DNA of 64,000 nt from a bacterium (lineage in GTDB: Bacteria; SZUA-182; DTGQ01): positions 1 to 64,000 of the forward strand of contig JBFMGO010000007.1 in NCBI GenBank assembly GCA_040752695.1. The letters run 5' to 3'. The notes beneath the pieces are model-generated. The model searched no databases. It worked only from the letters and a program-made list of their open reading frames with translations, and was not told where the DNA came from. Positions 56,513-64,000 of the stretch are shown here, piece by piece. The translations under genes were made by a program, and so were the position numbers. Numbering within the stretch: position 1 is the first letter of the stretch; each line of letters begins with the position of its first letter.

Positions 56513-57562
56513 CTAAGGGATGTTTACACTGGCTCTTTCAGTTTCTTGTGAAAAGACTTCTTCCTGACCGGTGGACTGATGAGCTTGATGGTCGTTGATT
56601 TTCTCAATCGCCTTTTTCACCGAATTTATGACCAATTCGTCATGCTCTGTCTCCAGGCACTTTTTCAGGGCCGGAAGAGCCGAGGCATCTTTGATATTCC
56701 CCAAAGCCATGGCAGCCCTCCATCGAATGCCGGGAATGCCATCGGTCAATGCATTGATCAGGGCAGGAGTTGCCCTGCTGTCACCGATTTTGGCCAGTGA
56801 TAGAATGGCCTCCTGCTGGTTATTCTTATTCGTGCAAATGGAACAGCCTAACAGGCTCACGAGGGCTGGCACGGTTTCCTGATCATAAACGCGGCCCAGG
56901 GCATTGATTGCCTCCCATTGTATCCACGATGAATGATTCGTCAGGCCATGTTTGAGAACGGGGATGGCCTCCGGGCGATAGAAAGAGCTCAGCGCCACCG
57001 CTGCATTCCATCTGATTCTTTCATCCTGGCCTTTCAGGGCATCGATCAGGGGCGGAAGGATCATTTCCTGCGGCATGGTGCCAAGAGCCCAAATGGATCG
57101 CCAACGAACATGATGATCGGTTGATCGCAGGGATTGCTCCACAAGATAAGGAGATGCCTTGGCATCCGCGATACAACCCATTATGTTTACCGCTTCCCAG
57201 CAGGGGATGAAGTCACTGGTGCTTTTCAGAAGATCGGCCAGGGCCGGAATAGCCGCACTCCCTGCTTTAATCAGAGACTCCCTGGCCTGGTCCCTGACAG
57301 CCTTATTTTCATTTCTGAGGAGTTGGACCCAGGATTGGATTTCGTCTGATGCCTTTTGGTTAATCTCTGAAATTTCTTCCTGATTGATCTGTGGGACCTC
57401 TCCCTGGTTGGCATCGAGAGCTTTTATCCGGGTGACGGCCTCCGGGATTTTGGATGTGTCTGGACGACTGCTTTGGCTGCTCACGTGGGCACAACCATTC
57501 ATCAGAATAAGAAATGAAATAATGCCACTATTTAAAAGTAATATGATTTTTCCCTTAGTCAT
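56513..57562 (-). CDS. HEAT/PBS-lyase repeat lipoprotein
   Basis: Lipobox-like LMNGC; repeats such as VRWRSIWALG, IRWNAAVALS, IQWEAINALG and IRWRAAMALG. Confidence 0.85.
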   Translation of the reverse strand: MTKGKIILLLNSGIISFLILMNGCAHVSSQSSRPDTSKIPEAVTRIKALDANQGEVPQINQEEISEINQKASDEIQSWVQLLRNENKAVRDQARESLIKAGSAAIPALADLLKSTSDFIPCWEAVNIMGCIADAKASPYLVEQSLRSTDHHVRWRSIWALGTMPQEMILPPLIDALKGQDERIRWNAAVALSSFYRPEAIPVLKHGLTNHSSWIQWEAINALGRVYDQETVPALVSLLGCSICTNKNNQQEAILSLAKIGDSRATPALINALTDGIPGIRWRAAMALGNIKDASALPALKKCLETEHDELVINSVKKAIEKINDHQAHQSTGQEEVFSQETERASVNIP

Positions 57563-57639
57563 GGCTTTTTCCTCTCATTTCTGCAAGGTCAGGAATGAAC
57601 AAAACACCCTCGGCGTTTGCTCCGTTGTTGTATACCTTG

Positions 57640-57699
57640 AAAAATGAAGCGAGGGTTAATCAGTACGGGATTCCTCCCGGTCATTTGATTAACCCTCGC
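57640..57699 (-). terminator. Long hairpin followed by a U-rich tract; probable intrinsic terminator or attenuator
   Basis: GCGAGGGTTAATCA (57649-57662) pairs with TGATTAACCCTCGC (57686-57699); the minus strand continues TTCATTTTT. Confidence 0.65.
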
Positions 57700-57751
57700 G
57701 GGGGTTTTTAATTCACCTCATCTATCTTTACATTATCTGATCTTCCCTTTC

Positions 57752-58891
57752 TTACTGACGGAAAGGAAGCCGAGTCTGATTCTGTGTTCTCCACCACGGA
57801 GGACGAATCGGATCGAAGGGTTTTTCATCCATCTTGGTCTCGATCGCCTCGACTTCATTGTCAATTTCATTCACGGTAGTCTGGGTATCAGTTACCCTGG
57901 GCTGCATATCGGTAGTCTGGGCACTGATTGAATTGACGGTGTTTTGTAACGTAGTCAGTGCAGCACTGATGTTGTTTATCGACGTTGTCAGGAGGTCCAG
58001 CTTGGCTTCGAGCGCTTCAAGGGTAACTGGCGGAGGAACAGCTTGCTGGGTGCAGTAGATCTCTCTGGTTAACAATGTTGGGTAGATGGCGGTGCCGTAT
58101 GCATATTCTGCGGTCATGGTAGAGGCCAGAACTTTTCCGGAGCCGAGGGGATAAAGGATCATCGTGGGATCACCGCTCATTCCATCGGTCAATATGGTTG
58201 TAGTGCCGGTGGGCAACTGTGCTGCATCGAAATATCCATGAGCGGAGTATTGCCAATTCTGGAAGGCGGAAGCGGGCTGTGCCGGCGATGTCGCTATTAT
58301 ACAGTTATTGGGAGCGCTTATGAGGATGCTGTTTGTTCCACCTTGCAGCACTCCGTAAGGAGTATAACCAGCATTAAACCCTCCTGAGGTATAAGGCAGA
58401 ATCTGTCTGCCATCTATTACACCATTGTTGGGTCCTTCGACTAAATGGACGATGGCGAATACGCCTCCCTGAACAGCTAACTGCAGGTTGGTAATATTGG
58501 CGGTAACATTTGCATAAAAGGTATTATCCTGGTCCCCCGGGATAATGATAATTTTATATGCCTGCAATTGAGCTTTCGTCATGGTTCTAAATGTTATGGA
58601 ATTTACCCGATCGTATATTTTGGCAAGCCCGTTTAATGCCTGTTCAACAGCGCCAAGGACCGGAATGGCGGCACAATTCGGAGAATATTGCCAGGGAAGG
58701 ACATCTTCGACTAAAAGCACTTCCGGTCCTACGCTGGTTATCTCCTGCACAGGATTAGTAGTACAAGCCGGTGGTATCGGGATGGTGGAATTGGGCGCCG
58801 ACCATGCCATCTTCGCCTGAAGCCCCAACATTGCTGTTAAAGCTACTGCTATGCATACAACCAGAGAAAGTTTTTTCAAATACCTTTCCAT
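57752..58891 (-). CDS. Exported protein with an alpha/beta (class I GATase/ThuA-like) domain and C-terminal coiled coil
   Basis: AAGGAGG RBS before MERYLKK, signal peptide, VLLVEDVLPW...KIIIIPGDQ...YPLGSGKVLAST, heptad LEAKLD...IETKMD tail. Confidence 0.7.
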   Translation of the reverse strand: MERYLKKLSLVVCIAVALTAMLGLQAKMAWSAPNSTIPIPPACTTNPVQEITSVGPEVLLVEDVLPWQYSPNCAAIPVLGAVEQALNGLAKIYDRVNSITFRTMTKAQLQAYKIIIIPGDQDNTFYANVTANITNLQLAVQGGVFAIVHLVEGPNNGVIDGRQILPYTSGGFNAGYTPYGVLQGGTNSILISAPNNCIIATSPAQPASAFQNWQYSAHGYFDAAQLPTGTTTILTDGMSGDPTMILYPLGSGKVLASTMTAEYAYGTAIYPTLLTREIYCTQQAVPPPVTLEALEAKLDLLTTSINNISAALTTLQNTVNSISAQTTDMQPRVTDTQTTVNEIDNEVEAIETKMDEKPFDPIRPPWWRTQNQTRLPFRQ

Positions 58892-59875
58892 TTTTGAAAG
58901 CCTCCTTCTTTCCTCACATTTACCGGTTATCGTTTTACCTTCATTTCTCACGAGAATACTGCTCTACTTCCTGCTCATCTACGAACCTGCCTGCCTGCTT
59001 TTCCTATCTTTCCCTCCTTCACCTGCTTTTCTCTCACTCCCATTATCCTTTACTCAAAACAAATCCATCCACTCACCTCCTTTTTCCCGCCTGTTTAGCA
59101 GGGGGATCTTATTATGATTAATTGACTGCACCGGCAGATTTCTCCCTTTTTTTAAGCAGTTTTTGGTGATCTGCCTTTCGGATTAATGGCCTTCTTCTAC
59201 ACCAGGCAAAACTACACTGCCATGCCAGGCAAAACTTCCATTTCTCCATCAGTTAAAACTACGTCAGGAGATGGAGACGCAAGAGATGTACATCTGTGGC
59301 TGATCGGGCTCGATCCTGGTCCTGATCGAGTTTCGATGATGCAAATGATTCCAATTTAGAGTCGCTTGCGCAGGGAGCGAACAATTTTCCGTCTGAACAG
59401 CTACACCTGTGCACTGCTGGATAAAGAAACGGAGATTCATGCGAGTAATAATTGGATAAATATTGACTCATTTTGCACCTTTTTTACTGTTTGCTGAGAT
59501 TCTTATTTACTATCCTATATCGATCAATCAGAATAAAATTACTACAATAATTATCTTTATTAATGAATTTTAACCGCATGCCTAAGTTAAGTTGCATATA
59601 TTTTTTGTAATGGTATATCGGAATAGCCCTGCTTTAGGTACTACCGTTATGTTAATTCATATGCGTAAATAAGTAATAATTAGTAATTTATTGAATATTG
59701 GATTGATCTGCTGGAGGGCCGCCTGCGTATCTTTCGAGTAAAGGGGGGATTGCTTTATGGAATATCAAGAACGTTTTTTATTGGAGGGAATAAAGATGTG
59801 ACCGATAAACAAACACTGTTCAGCTATCGACTAAAGCAATTTGAAGGGGAAGAATCTACCCTTATCGGCATGGCT

Positions 59876-61912
59876 TCACCGAGCTGTCTCCCCCGCCCTG
59901 GTGATGTCCCAGACTAAGGAAGGAGAAGCGTGTCTGATTCCCCGTATGGGTGAATAATTCATCCGGTCGAGGAAGAGCTCCCAGACCCTTTCGGAATCCC
60001 TCTGCCGGAGCATCCGGTAAATCCATCCACCTTGTTCTGGTCCGCCTTGTTCTGGCGGCCCTTGCCTTTGGCCCAGGTCTTCTGGCCGCTTTTGTCTTTG
60101 CTTTACCCTCTGTATCCGGTAAAAGGCTGGCGGAGTGTCAGACGCGGACCATCCGGACAAAAGGCAAAGCCCAAGCTCCCGCGGAGAAAGCGGGCGTGAG
60201 GAAGCGATAATGGACTCACCCGGCAGCAGGGGGAAATCCACCCCAGGCATACCTGAAACTGCCGCCGGAGGAGGAATCTGTGCAATCAGGGCTTGCAGAA
60301 ACTCTGAGAGCTTCATCTCCCCTTTTGTTCTCTCCATCACTCCTGGTTTTCCCACTTCCCTCCCTTTCTCCTTCTCTTTCTTTCCTCCTTCCTCATCAAT
60401 GAGTGATTTGATAAAATTCAAGACCCTGATCAGGCGAAAGAGGGTGACAAGGTCCAGGCGGCTGAAGCAGTCCGTTTCGATGGGAAAGGCCGAAGAGCGT
60501 AAGATACTGAAGCCGCCATCAGCCGGCAGCCAGCCGTTTTCCCGGCATTCGCAGTACATGTCCATGCCGGGGGTGGCGTAGAAAATACTGGGTGCGATCA
60601 GCACTCTTTGTCCTGCCAAAAAGCGGATGGATTCAACCATTTCCTCAAGATCGGAGCCTGGCAGGCCCAGGATCAGGTAGCCGGTGATGAAAAAGCCGCT
60701 CTCTCCTCTCTTCCCCTCTCCTCTCTTACACCCTGCTTCATGAATCCCGGCATCACGTATCCCTGCCGCATCGGCATCCGCCGCTTCATTGGCCGCCTCT
60801 TCGCTGGCTGCCGCCTCATCCATGCCGGCCTCACTGACCGTGCGGCTGAAGGAGGCAGGTGATCCTGGCCGGTTCAACTTTTTCAGGATTCTTTTTGAGG
60901 ATGTGACCAGAGGGAGGTTCAGATGGCGGCAGCCGAGCCTGTTAAGCCTGTCCAGAATTTCGCGGTCAAGGCAGTGGGGGAAAAGGCCGTTTTCGAAGAG
61001 CAGGCGAAAGGTTTCATCCTGGCCGAATTCCGACTCGATGGCGTCAAGCAGCCGCAAGGTTCGCTCTTTTTGCCAGGTAAAGTGCTCATCTTCGAAGTCG
61101 AAAATCCTGATCTGATACTGGTCGTAGCACAGCCGCATCTCGGCCAGAATGCTTTCGATGGAGCGATGGCGCACGCTGTTGCCCATAACCGCATGTCCTG
61201 CGCAGAACCTGCACTGGAAGGGGCAGCCCCGGCTAGAGAGCATCATGGTGTATCGGCTGCCCTGAAAGCGGTATCGGTCAGGGTCCAAAAGTGAGCGGTC
61301 AGGGACGGGCAGGTCGTCCAGAGCAGGTAACAGCCCTTTGGGAGGGGAGAGCCTGATGAGCCCATGTCTCCGCAAAGCCAGCCCGTCGATGGATTCAATC
61401 GCTCTCCGGCCGCAGATGGCTTCAGCCAGAGCTACGAGCCTGGTTTCTCCCTCACCGCAGATGACATAGTCTAAAGCGGGATCCTCCATCAGGTGCAAGG
61501 CTGCGACTGTAGCGTGATTTCCCCCAAGGACGGTGAGTTTCCCCATCCCCTTGGCTATCCGGGCAACCCCAAGGGCTTCTTCCTCATAGGGCGTAAACAG
61601 TGAGCTGATTCCCACAAGGTCAGCATCACGGAGCTTTTCGCGGATCTTTTCATCGCTGAGGCCGAAATGGTGAAAGCGGCCAAAGAGCCGGAAAGGACTT
61701 TTATCTTCGTCCGGGTAATATTCTCTCAGGTAATTCATTGCCGGCGGAATCGGCAGCACCGTTTTTTGCTCCGGCCCGAAGGCGTCCAGAACCTGGCAGG
61801 CAAAGCCTGCCCTCTTCAGGGATGCTGCCAGATACAAAAGCCCCAGCGGGTACATCCTGTGACCGGTATGATAAAAATCTCGGACAGGCGGCTGAACAAG
61901 GAGGATCTTCAT
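59876..61912 (-). CDS. Cobalamin-binding radical SAM protein
   Basis: YPLGLLYLAASL, VLGGNHAT, GEGE, SRGCPFQCRFC and YLILGLPG. Confidence 0.92.
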   Translation of the reverse strand: MKILLVQPPVRDFYHTGHRMYPLGLLYLAASLKRAGFACQVLDAFGPEQKTVLPIPPAMNYLREYYPDEDKSPFRLFGRFHHFGLSDEKIREKLRDADLVGISSLFTPYEEEALGVARIAKGMGKLTVLGGNHATVAALHLMEDPALDYVICGEGETRLVALAEAICGRRAIESIDGLALRRHGLIRLSPPKGLLPALDDLPVPDRSLLDPDRYRFQGSRYTMMLSSRGCPFQCRFCAGHAVMGNSVRHRSIESILAEMRLCYDQYQIRIFDFEDEHFTWQKERTLRLLDAIESEFGQDETFRLLFENGLFPHCLDREILDRLNRLGCRHLNLPLVTSSKRILKKLNRPGSPASFSRTVSEAGMDEAAASEEAANEAADADAAGIRDAGIHEAGCKRGEGKRGESGFFITGYLILGLPGSDLEEMVESIRFLAGQRVLIAPSIFYATPGMDMYCECRENGWLPADGGFSILRSSAFPIETDCFSRLDLVTLFRLIRVLNFIKSLIDEEGGKKEKEKGREVGKPGVMERTKGEMKLSEFLQALIAQIPPPAAVSGMPGVDFPLLPGESIIASSRPLSPRELGLCLLSGWSASDTPPAFYRIQRVKQRQKRPEDLGQRQGPPEQGGPEQGGWIYRMLRQRDSERVWELFLDRMNYSPIRGIRHASPSLVWDITRAGETAR

Positions 61913-62189
61913 GGGTACCTATTGTACCTCTCCTGCCGGCAATCTGCAACAGTCAGGAAACTGCAACAGCCGGAAATTGCAGCAGACAGCAAACTGCATC
62001 AGCCATTACTTTGAGGCAGCCGTTTTTACGGCAATAACCAGGAAACTGCACCCGCCCCTCATTTACAACCCGTACCTTGCGCATTGAACAGCCGAAAACA
62101 AAGGTAACTGTGATTTTTAAGATAGATTTTCACCTTCTTTTATGTTATGCTTTTTTCCTTTCCAAGAATACTTTATCAGGAGTTAGAGC

Positions 62190-63647
62190 ATGATCTGTAT
62201 ACCCATTACTGCTATAGCTACAGGAGCGGCCCTGCGGGAGATTCAGCAGGCGGAAGAAGTAGCCGATATTTTAGAATTGCGGATTGATTACCTGGCGGAT
62301 CCTGACCTGGGGGAACTTCTTGGTGCCAGAAAAAAACCGGTCATCATCACCAACAGGAAAACCGATGAGGGAGGAAAATTCCCTGGCACTGAAACAGAGC
62401 GGCTTCAACTCCTGGAGGAGGCGGTCCGCCTGGGGGCAGAGCATATCGATTTGGAATGGAGCTGCGGGCCGAACGTCTTGCGGCACTTCAAGGAACTGTG
62501 CAGGGGAGGCAAAACCCGTATTATCTCCTCCTGGCACAATTTTCTGGAGACTCCGGGGAATCTTGATGAATTATACACTTCGATGAAATCGGCGGGTGCC
62601 GATATCATCAAGATCGTCACCCATGCCAATTCGATCAACGATAACCTGAAGGTCTTTGACCTGATCTTCAGGGCACAGGAAGATGATCAGGAGATTATCG
62701 CCCTGTGCATGGGGCCCTGCGGAGAAATCAGCCGGATACTGGCTCCGCTCTTGGGAGCGTATTTAACCTTCGGCTCCTTGCAGCAGGGGAAGGAATCCGC
62801 GCCAGGGCAGGTCGAAGCACAGCTTTTGCGGGATGTCTACCGGCTCAGCGACCTGAAAGATACCGATTTTCGGCTCTACGGCCTGGTGGGTAATCCGGTC
62901 AGCCAGAGCAAGGGAATTCATATCCATAACAATGCCTTCCGGAGCCAGCAACTGGACAGCCTGTATGCCAATTTTCTAGTGGAGGATGTTGCTTCCTTTA
63001 TGCAGGGCTTCAAAGGCTACATCTGCGGCCTCAGCGTCACCATGCCCCATAAGCAGAAAATTATGGATTATCTGCCCCAGGTCGATCCCATGGCCCGCAG
63101 GATTGGGGCCATCAACACCGTAGTGAAAAAAAAGGGCACTCTGATTGGCTATAATACTGATGTTACGGGGGCTATTCAGGCCATCGAGGCGGTTACCCCC
63201 ATCGCTGACAAGAAAGTGGTTCTCCTTGGAGCAGGTGGTGTGGCCAGGGCCATCGCCTATGGGATTGTAGACCGGGGAGGCAGGCTTACCATCTTGAACC
63301 GTACCTTCAACCGGGCCCAAAGCCTGGCCAGAGAGCTGTTTTGCCAATGCGGCGATCTTGCAGGAATTCAGAACATCGAGGCTGATATTCTCATTAATGG
63401 CACATCGGTCGGTATGGCACCAAAGACCGAGGAGATGCCGGTTCCCGAATCAGTCCTAAAGCCCGGTCTGGTCGTATTCGATACGGTCTACCATCCTGCA
63501 AAGACACGCCTGCTCAAAGAAGCCATGGCACGAGGCTGCATCACCGTCTCTGGTGTGGATATGTTTCTGAACCAGGCAGCAGCTCAATTTAAACTGTGGA
63601 CCGGCATCGAGGCACCAAGAGAGGTTATGAAGGCTGCTCTTGAGTAA
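62190..63647 (+). CDS. aroE: Bifunctional type I 3-dehydroquinate dehydratase / shikimate dehydrogenase (AroD-AroE fusion)
   Basis: ELRID, SWHNF, ADIIK, SAPGQ, then GNPVSQS, SVTMPHK, GAINT, NTD and GAGGVA. Confidence 0.93.
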   Translation: MICIPITAIATGAALREIQQAEEVADILELRIDYLADPDLGELLGARKKPVIITNRKTDEGGKFPGTETERLQLLEEAVRLGAEHIDLEWSCGPNVLRHFKELCRGGKTRIISSWHNFLETPGNLDELYTSMKSAGADIIKIVTHANSINDNLKVFDLIFRAQEDDQEIIALCMGPCGEISRILAPLLGAYLTFGSLQQGKESAPGQVEAQLLRDVYRLSDLKDTDFRLYGLVGNPVSQSKGIHIHNNAFRSQQLDSLYANFLVEDVASFMQGFKGYICGLSVTMPHKQKIMDYLPQVDPMARRIGAINTVVKKKGTLIGYNTDVTGAIQAIEAVTPIADKKVVLLGAGGVARAIAYGIVDRGGRLTILNRTFNRAQSLARELFCQCGDLAGIQNIEADILINGTSVGMAPKTEEMPVPESVLKPGLVVFDTVYHPAKTRLLKEAMARGCITVSGVDMFLNQAAAQFKLWTGIEAPREVMKAALE

Positions 63648-63665
63648 GCTCAAAGAGTCAATGAA

Positions 63666-63812
63666 CCAGCATCCAAAAACCAACATTCATGAGCCGGCAT
63701 CCAGAAACCAGCATCCAGAAACCATGAGCCGGGAACCATGAGCTAGCATCCAGCATCCATGATCCAGCATCCAGCCAGCATCGAGAAACCATGAGCCAAA
63801 AACCAGGAACCA
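63666..63812. repeat. Degenerate 7-bp tandem array (about 20 units such as CCAGCAT, CCAGAAA, CCATGAG)
   Basis: 7-nt periodicity of CCR with a single 4-nt phase slip, filling the aroE-aroA spacer. Confidence 0.85.
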
Positions 63813-63816
63813 TCGT

Positions 63817-63999
63817 ATGAACCTGATAGCGCACAAGACAGCCCGTTTGGCCGGGGATATATCCATTCCCGGCTCGAAATCCCACACTATCCGGGGTGTG
63901 GTCATGGCCTCTTTAGCCAATGGCACATCGCGTCTGAAAAATCCGCTGGATTCGGCCGATACCCTGGCCGCCTTCAATGCAGCCCAAAGTTTCGGGGCC
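63817..63999 (+). CDS. aroA: EPSP synthase, N-terminal fragment (runs off the window; absent from the ORF track)
   Basis: Manual translation MNLIAHKTARLAGDISIPGSKSHTIRGVVMASLANGTSRLKNPLDSADT matches the AroA PGSKS...R and S.DT motifs; follows aroDE. Confidence 0.92.
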   Translation, partial: MNLIAHKTARLAGDISIPGSKSHTIRGVVMASLANGTSRLKNPLDSADTLAAFNAAQSFGA

Positions 64000-64000
64000 A

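Noticed and set aside
59100..59240. c-di-GMP or c-di-AMP riboswitch (GGCAAA and TAATCCGAAAGG fragments)
   Set aside because: The remaining conserved elements of GEMM or ydaO aptamers could not be found by eye; an Rfam scan would be decisive.
59259..59471. Small ORFs in AT-rich intergenic regions (also 5812-6018 and 6154-6336)
   Set aside because: No clear RBS or motifs, and they overlap probable promoter DNA.
63666..63812. Possible CRISPR array (also considered for 61938-62056 and 37799-37865)
   Set aside because: No constant 23-50 bp repeats separated by unique spacers, and no cas genes.
63658..63977. Minus-strand ORFs 63687-63977 and 63658-63885
   Set aside because: Shadows of aroA and of the heptamer array; the plus strand carries clear AroA motifs.

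Overview
Chromosomal window from a Gram-negative, probably anaerobic bacterium. The gene repertoire looks deltaproteobacteria-like (PEP-CTERM proteins, sigma-54/IHF promoter, NrfD redox module, multiheme cytochrome), but the taxon cannot be fixed from sequence alone. In order it contains: (1) the end of a Wzy-type polysaccharide locus (O-antigen ligase/polymerase, Wzz/GumC, two GT4 enzymes, WecA), with two PEP-CTERM genes divergent from wecA; (2) CBS/DRTGG pyrophosphatase, SH3 protein, a Pro-rich exported protein, MscS, a CdaA-YbbR diadenylate cyclase, type I pullulanase, ManC, YihY and an RpoD-type sigma factor; (3) a tetraheme cytochrome c/NrfC/NrfD module and an HK-RR-HK-diguanylate cyclase operon; (4) an AT-rich islet encoding a dCTP-deaminase-fold protein that lacks the canonical catalytic residues, coupled to a frameshifted 2-TM protein and followed by a MITE; (5) a 16-gene type IV pilus/T2SS-like cluster led by HK, RR, HD-GYP and STAS genes; (6) a HEAT-repeat lipoprotein, an exported coiled-coil protein, a B12 radical SAM enzyme, aroD-aroE and the start of aroA. 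No rRNA, tRNA, CRISPR array, transposase or integrase was recognised. The best candidates for undescribed systems are the Dcd-pseudoenzyme/2-TM islet and the c-di-GMP/STAS-wired pilus cluster. All calls come from reading motifs by eye; no searches were run.
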